A stretch of 64,000 bases of DNA from a virus. The stretch lies in the IMG/VR virus record IMGVR_UViG_3300027816_000055; one strand, given 5' to 3'. The translations under genes and the position numbers were made by a program. Shown here piece after piece: positions 28,089-37,337 of this stretch (position 1 is its first letter; each line of letters begins with the position of its first letter). Under the pieces are notes generated by a model. That model saw nothing but the letters and a program-made list of their open reading frames with translations. It searched no databases and was not told where the DNA came from.

Positions 28089-28785
28089 ATGCATATGACT
28101 ATTGAAGATTGGAAATTTTTAGTAGATACTGAAATATCTCATTGGAATAATGTATTTTATAAATATACCACAGATACAAATTCATATTTACATCAATATG
28201 TAAAAACTAGATTATACATAGAATTACCGGTTCATAGAAATGTTCAATTGTTGATAGATTCAATAAAAAAAAAATAAAATAACAATTTTGGATGTAGGAT
28301 CTGGTCCTTTTCCTTTTTTGGGAAGAACGTCCACAAAAAATATACAACTAACTGCGGTAGATTATTTAGCAGAAAGTTATTATAAATTGTATAATCAGTA
28401 TAATGTTTATCCTCCAACGATTCCAATCGCATTGGATGCATCGGAATTATCTTTGAATTTTCAACACAATTCATTTGATATTGTTTATGCTAGAAATAGT
28501 ATTGATCATACATATAATCCAATAAAATGTATTCAGGAAATGGTGAATGTTTCCAATAAATATGTTATTCTTGAACACAAAATAAATGAAGGTATTGTTG
28601 AAAATTATCACGGATTGCACAATTGGAATTTTTTCATTAAAAACTCTAAATTTTATATTAGTAATAAATGCGGCGATGAAATTTGTGTTAATGATTTATT
28701 ACCAACATCGACAATTAATTGTCAGTTAACTATTGAAGAAGAAGAAAAAATTACCGATTGGTTAGTGGTTATTATTGAAAAATAA
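28089..28785 (+). pseudogene. SAM methyltransferase split by a frameshift in an A10 tract (28265-28274)
   Basis: The 5' frame ends ATA AAA AAA AAA TAA. The +1 frame continues AAT AAA ATA ACA ATT TTG GAT GTA GGA TCT GGT. Removing one A gives ...DSIKKNKITILDVGSGP...FDIVYARNSIDH. Confidence 0.85.
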
Positions 28786-28798
28786 TATTTAAATCTAT

Positions 28799-29731
28799 AT
28801 GAAACTTTTATTTGTTGTACATCGCACGTATCCTTACAATGGAGGATCGGAATATAATATTAAATTAATTAGTGAAGCGATGGCTAAAGAAAAATATCAA
28901 GTAACCGTTTTGACTGATTGCAGTCAGGGAAATTATGGAAATGTCACAGTTATTAATGATAGAAACGAATTATTTTCATGCCAATATGATTGGATAATCA
29001 TTCACGGAAATGATATGCCAATTCAAGATTATGCATTATTAAATATTAAAAAAATCAAAGCAAAAACTTTATACTGGATAATTAAACCATCTGATAGCGA
29101 AAGTGCAATAAATGGTTTTAAACACGCGACGGCAATAGGATGGGGCACATCATATGATTTTAATCATGCTTTAAAATATAATTGTGCAGCAAAAGCTAAA
29201 CATATCAGATATTCTGTCGATTTGAATGATTGTTTTGGAACAAAATCAACACATAATGATTTCGTTTTTTTAAGTTCCGGGGGATTTGGTGCTCATAAAG
29301 GATTTTGTGATTTAATTGATATATTTACAGAGTTAAACGTACCAAATACTAAATTGATTTTAACAGGATATATAGGTGATCCTCCTATTTCAACGAATAA
29401 AAATATAGAAGTTTTTAAAATAAATAATCGATTGGATTATTTAAATATACTTGCAAATGCGGATGTATACATAATGAATAGTTATAGTGAGGGATTTGGA
29501 TTGGTTTTATTAGATGCAATGATCAACAAAATTCCATGGATTAGTAGAGATATCGCAGGAGCGACTGATATGAAACAATACGGAAACATCTATTCATCCA
29601 ATCAAGAATTAAAAAAATTAATTTTAAATTATAAACACGATCAAAATAAAATTGAGGCAGCATATGACTATATTTTAAATGAAAAAACAATTAATTGTAT
29701 GGTAAAAGATTTTTATTCTATACTAAACTGA
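28799..29731 (+). CDS. GT4-like glycosyltransferase
   Basis: YNGGSE, SSGGFGAHKGF, MNSYSEGFGLVLLDAM. Confidence 0.85.
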   Translation: MKLLFVVHRTYPYNGGSEYNIKLISEAMAKEKYQVTVLTDCSQGNYGNVTVINDRNELFSCQYDWIIIHGNDMPIQDYALLNIKKIKAKTLYWIIKPSDSESAINGFKHATAIGWGTSYDFNHALKYNCAAKAKHIRYSVDLNDCFGTKSTHNDFVFLSSGGFGAHKGFCDLIDIFTELNVPNTKLILTGYIGDPPISTNKNIEVFKINNRLDYLNILANADVYIMNSYSEGFGLVLLDAMINKIPWISRDIAGATDMKQYGNIYSSNQELKKLILNYKHDQNKIEAAYDYILNEKTINCMVKDFYSILN

Positions 29732-29747
29732 TTTAATATTTATATAT

Positions 29748-30224
29748 ATGCCAAAATTAAAAGAAAACGAAATGGGCGATAGAATGATGACGGGATTACC
29801 CTATTCACAAGGTGGTGGATTGGGTACTACTGGTGTAGATACTATTAATAGTCCAGATATCAGTCAGAAACCAGAAAAATTTAAATATCCACAAACCGCT
29901 ACAAGTGCAAGTGATATTACTACACCCACCCCTGACCAATATGATAATACATCACCCGAAGGTAGCGAAAATTTTAAAAATGATGTAGATGCTATTAAAA
30001 ACGTCGTAACACCAGATGAAGTATTGACAGGTATGCAATATGAACTGAAACAAATGGTATTCAAACGTAAAGATATTGCAAAACAACTGGTCGTATCCAA
30101 TTTAAAGAAAGATCCAAAGTTCTATAGTAAATTGCATATGATGCAAGTCGATGAAAACGGAGTTCGTCAAGAAGCCATTAGTGATATTATTCGTGAAATG
30201 AAAAAAAGAAAGCGTTATCTATGA
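29748..30224 (+). CDS. phage protein with degenerate DUF5661-like motif
   Basis: EVLTGMQYE...AKQLVVSNLKKDPKFYSKL resembles the motif in the next gene. Confidence 0.5.
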   Translation: MPKLKENEMGDRMMTGLPYSQGGGLGTTGVDTINSPDISQKPEKFKYPQTATSASDITTPTPDQYDNTSPEGSENFKNDVDAIKNVVTPDEVLTGMQYELKQMVFKRKDIAKQLVVSNLKKDPKFYSKLHMMQVDENGVRQEAISDIIREMKKRKRYL

Positions 30225-31321
30225 AAATTACAGGCAAACATCCTACTAAGCTTAATGATCCTATAATTAAACATCCTGCTATGCATGGAAATAGATGGCA
30301 AATAGATCCAACCGCTGAACCTCATACTAGTTTTGATAAATTATCCAAACATCAAGTGGATGAATTTGCTGTAAACAATATGGACACATGGACTGATACT
30401 AATCATAATGACGTAGATATTGGCTACAATGAATTTTATGAAGAGTTAACAGGGGGAGTTGGTGATGCAACTGCTCCACATGATGTTGATCCAATTGAAT
30501 TGGCATTGGGGCAAACTGTAGAAATGGAACATACAACAGATCCAAACGTTGCCACCGAAATTGCATTGGATCATTTGAGTGAAGATCCAAAATATTATAC
30601 CAAACTCAAAAAAGCAGGATTGGCAAAAGAGTTAGATCAAATTGGAACATCAACAGGATTTGGTGATCCAGATCATTCAATTAATCATGAAAAGCTAGTA
30701 GGGTCCAATAAAACAGCAATCGCTGGAAACAATATTGCAGGGAAAATCGGTAATACACCCGATGATCATGTCAATAAAGTTAATGACAAAATTTCTAGTG
30801 ATAATAAAAACTTAAATCAAATGAATAATGATGATTTTACAGTAGATGTAAATATCGAAGAACCTTCTTTGGAGGAAGATAGATGTACTGATATTGCAAA
30901 AAGAAAATACAAAAAATGGCCAAGTGCATATGCCAGTGGTGCTGTTGTTCGTTGTCGAAAAGGTAAAATATGGAAAAAGACTCAGGAAGAAATTGAACAG
31001 ATCAAAAAAGAATTAGAAGAAGATTTCTCAAAAGAAAAAAAACAAGGATTGCATGGCTGGTTTGCCCGTCGTGGCGGTAAAGGAGGCAAAGGTTGGGTAG
31101 ATTGTAATACATGCCGCAAAGATCCTGAAACCGGAACTAAAAAATGCAAAACTTGCGGAAGACAATCCGGAGAAAAACGAAGTAAATATCCTGCGTGCCG
31201 ACCTACACCTAGTCAATGCACAAAAAAAGGAACCAGTCATAAAAAGGGTCCAAGTACGGTTTCATGGAAGAATGAAGTATCATTGACAGAAATTGCTAAA
31301 CGATTGTTAAGTGATGAATAA
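30221..31321 (+). CDS. modular phage protein: DUF5661-like domain plus basic Cys-rich modules
   Basis: ELALGQTVEMEHTTDPNVATEIALDHLSEDPKYYTKL; KWPSAYASGAVVRCRKG; GWVDCNTC...CKTCGR...KYPACRPTPSQC. Confidence 0.65.
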   Translation: MKITGKHPTKLNDPIIKHPAMHGNRWQIDPTAEPHTSFDKLSKHQVDEFAVNNMDTWTDTNHNDVDIGYNEFYEELTGGVGDATAPHDVDPIELALGQTVEMEHTTDPNVATEIALDHLSEDPKYYTKLKKAGLAKELDQIGTSTGFGDPDHSINHEKLVGSNKTAIAGNNIAGKIGNTPDDHVNKVNDKISSDNKNLNQMNNDDFTVDVNIEEPSLEEDRCTDIAKRKYKKWPSAYASGAVVRCRKGKIWKKTQEEIEQIKKELEEDFSKEKKQGLHGWFARRGGKGGKGWVDCNTCRKDPETGTKKCKTCGRQSGEKRSKYPACRPTPSQCTKKGTSHKKGPSTVSWKNEVSLTEIAKRLLSDE

Positions 31322-31766
31322 AATTTATTTATCTAAATATGCAAAATTATTATTACGGGAATCATTAGAAGATATTCCTGAATTGCCCGATTTCTTTATA
31401 GATAAAGCCACAGGAAAAGAAGTAAAAATTCCTAAAAACCGTTTGGTTTCTACTGCACGTTATTCTGGTATCAATCCGCAACTCGCAGATCGAATACATC
31501 GGTTATGCATTCACAATTTACGAAATCCGTCTGAAATAACAAAAAAAGGAATCGAATCAGCATATATGTATATCGTTTCTAAAAATCCTGAAATTAACGC
31601 GATTCGTATAAATATATCAGATTATGATCCGCTTCGTAGTCCAATGCATGATATTGTGCATGGAGTAGCATCTGGTATTGAACCTTATAATATTTCGTAT
31701 TTTGTGCAAAATTTAAAAGGTTATGGAAAAAAAGGAGATAGTTCTAAAGGATATATAACAACATGA
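31314..31766 (+). CDS. hypothetical protein
   Basis: ORF overlapping both neighbours in the operon. Confidence 0.55.
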   Translation: MNKIYLSKYAKLLLRESLEDIPELPDFFIDKATGKEVKIPKNRLVSTARYSGINPQLADRIHRLCIHNLRNPSEITKKGIESAYMYIVSKNPEINAIRINISDYDPLRSPMHDIVHGVASGIEPYNISYFVQNLKGYGKKGDSSKGYITT

Positions 31767-32095
31767 ACGATACCGAATCATATCCAACTGCTGATTTTAA
31801 TCAATTGTTATTGAGAAAAATGCAACAACCAGTTGCTAGTGTACCGCATGAATTTGATCCATATCAAGCATTGTTAAAAAGAAAAAAACAACAGGACAGT
31901 GGAGAATTGCCACCTATCAAAAATATCAATCCCGATGACTTGTATGAGCTACAACAATTCTGTCAAACACACGGTATTGTCGGATTCAATTGTGGTAAAA
32001 TGAATCCAAGAGCAGCATTACAAATGTTAAAATCACGTATGGGAATTAAAGAAAATCCCGCCACTTCTGTCCAGAAAAAAATATTATTAGGTTAA
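31763..32095 (+). CDS. hypothetical protein
   Basis: ATGA-coupled; last plus-strand gene, convergent with the fibre genes. Confidence 0.6.
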   Translation: MNDTESYPTADFNQLLLRKMQQPVASVPHEFDPYQALLKRKKQQDSGELPPIKNINPDDLYELQQFCQTHGIVGFNCGKMNPRAALQMLKSRMGIKENPATSVQKKILLG

Positions 32096-32961
32096 CTCCA
32101 ACGGGCCTTTGGTATTCTAGTCCATATGTTGTTTGTATAGATATAAACATAATGATCATCAAATCTCATTTCTCCGGGCATGCCACTATCTGTACTATTT
32201 GTTGGAGCACTTCCGCTATTAGTTAATGAAAAATATACCACACTTGCTGTATTTGCTGTGACTACATTAAGTGAACTGGTTTGTACTACTGTTAAATTAC
32301 TTGCGGTGGCAACACTACCGCTAAAATAACTACTTGTCATTGAACTGGTAGATCCACTTGCTAACGCATCACTAACAAATTGACCAATATATTGATATAC
32401 AGTTGCATAAACTCGGTTTGATGGTACCGTTGATCCCGAGAATTGCAATACACCGGTTTTATAATCAAATGCATAGTTGCTTGCTGTCCAATTCGTAAAC
32501 GTACTACCATTGGCTGATGTAAACAAAGCAATATTATAGCCCGGTGGATTACCATTGTTACTAGCATCTGCTGTTTGATTTGCAATGGTAGTTACACCAT
32601 ATTTTGGACTGATAAAATTTGTTTGTTGTCCATTGACAATCAATTGACTACCAGTACCAGAAACACTCCCCGTTGGACTCATAAAAAACCAAACACTATT
32701 TGCAGGTGATGTATCATTTGCTACTGTCAATGGAAATTTAAACCAGTATTTTAAAACACCTGTTGTTTGTGTCGTTCCCGCAGTTGCGCTTGAACTAAAT
32801 GGCAAACTTGCGCTTGGAATTAATGCAGTTTGTGACCAGATTTCATCGGCTCCCATTTGAATAGTAGAAGTAAATGCTTCTTGAGAGTCCGATAAATCGG
32901 TAGTTGTATAACGTCGTCCTACCAATAATCTTGCTGCTTTTGTTAGAAGGTCAAATGCCAT
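32092..32961 (-). CDS. Ser/Thr-rich virion structural (fibre-like) protein
   Basis: S/T/G-rich beta-type sequence, FDYKTGVLQF, and the C-terminal GEMRFDDHYVYIYTNNIWTR motif common in fibre tips. Confidence 0.6.
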   Translation of the reverse strand: MAFDLLTKAARLLVGRRYTTTDLSDSQEAFTSTIQMGADEIWSQTALIPSASLPFSSSATAGTTQTTGVLKYWFKFPLTVANDTSPANSVWFFMSPTGSVSGTGSQLIVNGQQTNFISPKYGVTTIANQTADASNNGNPPGYNIALFTSANGSTFTNWTASNYAFDYKTGVLQFSGSTVPSNRVYATVYQYIGQFVSDALASGSTSSMTSSYFSGSVATASNLTVVQTSSLNVVTANTASVVYFSLTNSGSAPTNSTDSGMPGEMRFDDHYVYIYTNNIWTRIPKARWS

Positions 32962-32962
32962 G

Positions 32963-35900
32963 TTATGAAAGTTTTTCTATTTTAATGCTTGTAATTGGAG
33001 TTGGACTTCCGTTGTAACGAATTAGTAAATAAATTTCATCCTGTGCCGTATTAGTGTTATCCAATATTGCACCGTCAGCAGCTCTTGTTGGAAATATAAA
33101 TATACCACTTGAGTTACTTGCACCTGTGCCGTTGTTTCCGTATAAATCAATATTTGATCCAAATGGATTTACACCACTTGTACTTAAGTTGGAAGGTGCT
33201 ACACTAGATGATATTACGTTGGTTGATAAATTATTTACATCATACAAACGGCATCGAGCATAAACATTACTATTTGCGCTTTCAAATAAAATAGCCATTG
33301 CCACACTATTTGATGCAGTAGAATCCCAATTTACCAATGAAGTATTTCCCGTGAGTGTAATTTGTAATTTATTAACAACGACATTACTCTTGAATCTACG
33401 TACATAATATTTGTATGTTGTACCATATCCACTTGGATACCAATAACCATTTGAGCCACCCGGATTTACTAAAAATCCGGGTTTGACTTGTAAAGATGAC
33501 GTAGCCAATACAGAAGCACTGTTAAACGATGATCCGCTCATATTTAACATATTGTCAGCTAATACGATGCGATTTGCTTCGTCCAGCAACTGTTCTGTAA
33601 TTGCACCCGGATTCAATGATTGTGAACCAAACGTTAAAGATGATGTCACGTAGCCTTCTGGTCTTCCAAAATACAATAAACTACCACTTGAAGCTGGTGT
33701 ACCAAATGATCCTGCTGTGTGAACATTGTATGTTTGGGATCCTACGACAGTTCCGCTGCCTGCTCTATTGTATGTAGTTGTAGATACGGCGAAGGTTGAA
33801 AATGACGAACCTGAACTTGCAGCATTGCTACCTGTTCCACCCGCATTTAGAGTCAAATCAAATACAACAACATCACTTTCAAACGGATAACTACCAACGG
33901 TGCGAGTGGTAACATAATCTGATGATTTTACAACACCCGCAGTTTGAATAGTTGGATTTGTAGTTAATGACGAGCTATTTGGAGTAACAAACCCAAGGGT
34001 GGCATTTGTAAAAGATACACTTGACACGATTCCATTATAATATAATGGATTAAATGCTCCGCTTGATGTTATAGTATAGCGATAACTAGATCCGCTTGTT
34101 AAATATGGTGCTCCACTCAAACTTCTTGTGACAGCACTAATATAACTACCGGAACTACTTGGTGAAGTAATAGTTTGGGTAAATGAGCCATCCGTTAACG
34201 GTGTATAATAATAAGTTACTGTGGATGGAGTATAAACTCTATATGCTGAACTACCAGAACTAATACCAATACTTGCACTAAACACATAGATACCACTGCT
34301 GCTAATGTTTGATAATGCAATACTATTGGTTAAATTAGAACCAGTGAAATTACTGAAATATCCATCTTGATAAACAGGAGGAATAACTGCTATATTTGCT
34401 GATGGCACTGTATTAAGTGCAATTGGCGTGGCAATTGACGGTGTTAAATTAGTTGTCGATTGACTTAGAATAATCGATGCAGAATTATTTGTATAATTAA
34501 TTGTGCCGGCACTACTTGATGCAAATGTTAATCTAAAAGATCCGCTAAGATTTACTTGTGTAATATTATTACTAGTTAATGGCCCCAATCCAAATGCACT
34601 GCTACCTAAACTTGAACTTACAGTTGTACTACCACCAACAGTGCTTGCATAACTTATATATGCAGCACCACTATTAAATGTATAACCACTAAAAATTGTC
34701 GATCCAATTGTTGCCCATCCAAGCGGCTGCAAATATAAAATATTTGAGTTGGTACTTCCAGATGGAACTCTACCATTAATAGTTACAGTAGAACCAAATC
34801 CAGTGTTTGTACCAGTTACTCCGCTAAAAGTTCGTGTATTTGGACTTGGTATCGGATAACTTGCGCTAAACGCTCCTGCAAAAAATCTAACGATATCTGA
34901 TACATTTGTATTAGAGTTCCAAGTACTAAAATAAGATCCTGTCATACTATCGCCCCATGGATAATTATCAGCCGGCGTTCCAACATTTATGTTTGATCCA
35001 GAATAACGACCGTAAAAATTAAAACTTCCACTATTATTTTGTACATTTATAATGCTCTGTGTTTGAATTAACAATAAAGGTACATTCGATACACTTGAAC
35101 TTATAAAATTATCGGTCGCAGCAACAAATGTTTGTGTATTTGGACTTGAAATGAGATTTCCATTTACATTTAAATTTGAAATATATGATGCTGTTAGCGC
35201 ATAACTTGAACTTAAATTGTAACTTGATGAAACCACATTGTTTGCCCAACTGCTTGTAATCGGATATGTGCTTCCTGTTATTAAATTTGTTCCACCCGTG
35301 CTACTTGATATAAACAAACTTGAAGTCGCTACGCATAGATTTTTATTAACATTATCCCAAGTTACTACGTAATCTACATCGTTAATATTAGTTGCTGGTG
35401 AGCAATCAAAATTATTTACTTTTATACTACCGGTAAAATTAGCTTCCGATGATACATTTAAAACACCAACTGTAATTGTTGATGTATCAAAGTTATTAAT
35501 AGGACTACTACTGCCGCTTGGATCAAATGCTTGAATTGTTCTTAAATTTGAGTACACAATGTTTGAATTTGCATCAAACAATTCTGCTTTAATATCAAAC
35601 AATTCATTTGGTTGATCAACCGGAAATGGAACTCGGATTGTATATGAAGCATAATTAAATCCATCAATTTTTTCTTGTTGAAGGGAAATATTGTTTATAA
35701 TTAAACTATTAAATTTTCTCGGTACAATTACAATCGTTCCAAATAAATCATTTAATGGAGTAAACTTAAATTTTAATGTATTATTAAAATTTCTAGATAT
35801 AACAGCATCCGCGACCTGAATATTTCCTAACAATACGCCATATACTTCATTATAATTTTTTTCTTTTTTATTATTTGGATACGATCCTATTAAATAAATT

Positions 35901-37309
35901 GACAAATCCATCGAATCTGTCGCATTTTTTTCTAATAAATTACAATTAAAACTTAAAATATAATTTGTTTTTCCTAATAATTTAATAAAATTACAATCAT
36001 ACGCCGCTCCTCTTTGATCTAAATATTCATATTTATCATATGGAATATATGTTGCATCACGATAAGATCCAGTGGTATCTAGTTTTACAATAATATAACC
36101 ATCGTTTATAGAAGATCCCGTGATTTTTAGTCCATTGATATAGTACTGTGAGTCTTCAAATAATTGAAAACTATTAGAGCTTGTAAACCAAAATTTATTA
36201 ATAAAATCCTGCGAATAAAAGTTACCTAAATTTTGATAACTCTTTATAGGAACATTATAATTTTTTAAATATTCAAATTGATTAAATGATTCATCAACGA
36301 CAGTGGTATAGTCTTCGGGTACATTTAAACTTCTTTTATATAATTTATGCCGTGTAACAGTTCCACTAAAAGTATCAATATTTCTATACGTAACTTCGGC
36401 AATTGAATTTTTTTTGTATCTAACATTTCCAGAAAAATCAACACTTTCCGTCAAATAGCTTGCTGTTGTAAAATATACTGGATTATAGTCATACTCTGAA
36501 TATAAAATTTCATATGTTCCGTCTATAATTTCTGTGACAGAATTTTTATTATTTGCTGAATTTTTATAAATAAAAGGTGAGTCTAATTGTAAAGTCGTTG
36601 AATTAATTACATTTTTAATTAAAATTGATGACGTTGCATTTACATTCTGCTCCTGTCCTGTCAATGTGTTTTTAATTTTACTGACATATAGGGTCGCATA
36701 AAAATTTTTAAAACTTGAAGAAAATACAGAATTTGTAGCAATTAATTGATAGTCTGTATATGACTTATTATATTTATTGTCCTCAACATTAAAATTAACA
36801 ATTGGATATCCCGCTTTTGTGTAAAATGAGCCGGTGGCGGTTTTTGGATTTGCCTCATTTAAATTTGTTTTTGTAACAAATGTCAACAATGGTGTTACTT
36901 CTATCTGAGGCGTTGAATAAAATGCTACGTTACTATTATTAATTACAGAATTATTAATATATATATTTGTTGAATATCTTACTACTTTATTTTTAAAAGT
37001 ACCAACAATATACAATTTTCCTATACCAGTTGGGTTTTTTTGATAAACATGGAATGAATATATATTTTTTTGACTCTTATTTACAATATCTACATCTGTC
37101 GCTTTTTCATAGTATAGCTCTATACCATTTGCATCATAAGCCTCAATCTTGATATCATTAGGTGGATTATTGATTATAATACTATTTTTACCTAATCCAA
37201 AATTGCTATCAAATCCGGAAATTAAAAAATATGTAGACGACATCAATGAATTGTCGTCTACATCTACTTTAAGTCGGCTTAAGCTCTTACCAGTCTGGAA
37301 TTGTGACAT
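32963..37309 (-). CDS. large virion structural protein with very Ser/Thr-rich C-terminal half (tail fibre-like)
   Basis: About 1450 aa; SSWANNVVSSSYNLSSSYALTASY hinge followed by about 800 aa dominated by S/T/G. Start set at MSQFQ (37309). Confidence 0.65.
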   Translation of the reverse strand: MSQFQTGKSLSRLKVDVDDNSLMSSTYFLISGFDSNFGLGKNSIIINNPPNDIKIEAYDANGIELYYEKATDVDIVNKSQKNIYSFHVYQKNPTGIGKLYIVGTFKNKVVRYSTNIYINNSVINNSNVAFYSTPQIEVTPLLTFVTKTNLNEANPKTATGSFYTKAGYPIVNFNVEDNKYNKSYTDYQLIATNSVFSSSFKNFYATLYVSKIKNTLTGQEQNVNATSSILIKNVINSTTLQLDSPFIYKNSANNKNSVTEIIDGTYEILYSEYDYNPVYFTTASYLTESVDFSGNVRYKKNSIAEVTYRNIDTFSGTVTRHKLYKRSLNVPEDYTTVVDESFNQFEYLKNYNVPIKSYQNLGNFYSQDFINKFWFTSSNSFQLFEDSQYYINGLKITGSSINDGYIIVKLDTTGSYRDATYIPYDKYEYLDQRGAAYDCNFIKLLGKTNYILSFNCNLLEKNATDSMDLSIYLIGSYPNNKKEKNYNEVYGVLLGNIQVADAVISRNFNNTLKFKFTPLNDLFGTIVIVPRKFNSLIINNISLQQEKIDGFNYASYTIRVPFPVDQPNELFDIKAELFDANSNIVYSNLRTIQAFDPSGSSSPINNFDTSTITVGVLNVSSEANFTGSIKVNNFDCSPATNINDVDYVVTWDNVNKNLCVATSSLFISSSTGGTNLITGSTYPITSSWANNVVSSSYNLSSSYALTASYISNLNVNGNLISSPNTQTFVAATDNFISSSVSNVPLLLIQTQSIINVQNNSGSFNFYGRYSGSNINVGTPADNYPWGDSMTGSYFSTWNSNTNVSDIVRFFAGAFSASYPIPSPNTRTFSGVTGTNTGFGSTVTINGRVPSGSTNSNILYLQPLGWATIGSTIFSGYTFNSGAAYISYASTVGGSTTVSSSLGSSAFGLGPLTSNNITQVNLSGSFRLTFASSSAGTINYTNNSASIILSQSTTNLTPSIATPIALNTVPSANIAVIPPVYQDGYFSNFTGSNLTNSIALSNISSSGIYVFSASIGISSGSSAYRVYTPSTVTYYYTPLTDGSFTQTITSPSSSGSYISAVTRSLSGAPYLTSGSSYRYTITSSGAFNPLYYNGIVSSVSFTNATLGFVTPNSSSLTTNPTIQTAGVVKSSDYVTTRTVGSYPFESDVVVFDLTLNAGGTGSNAASSGSSFSTFAVSTTTYNRAGSGTVVGSQTYNVHTAGSFGTPASSGSLLYFGRPEGYVTSSLTFGSQSLNPGAITEQLLDEANRIVLADNMLNMSGSSFNSASVLATSSLQVKPGFLVNPGGSNGYWYPSGYGTTYKYYVRRFKSNVVVNKLQITLTGNTSLVNWDSTASNSVAMAILFESANSNVYARCRLYDVNNLSTNVISSSVAPSNLSTSGVNPFGSNIDLYGNNGTGASNSSGIFIFPTRAADGAILDNTNTAQDEIYLLIRYNGSPTPITSIKIEKLS

Positions 37310-37337
37310 ACATATATAAATATATGTCATTTAGAGT

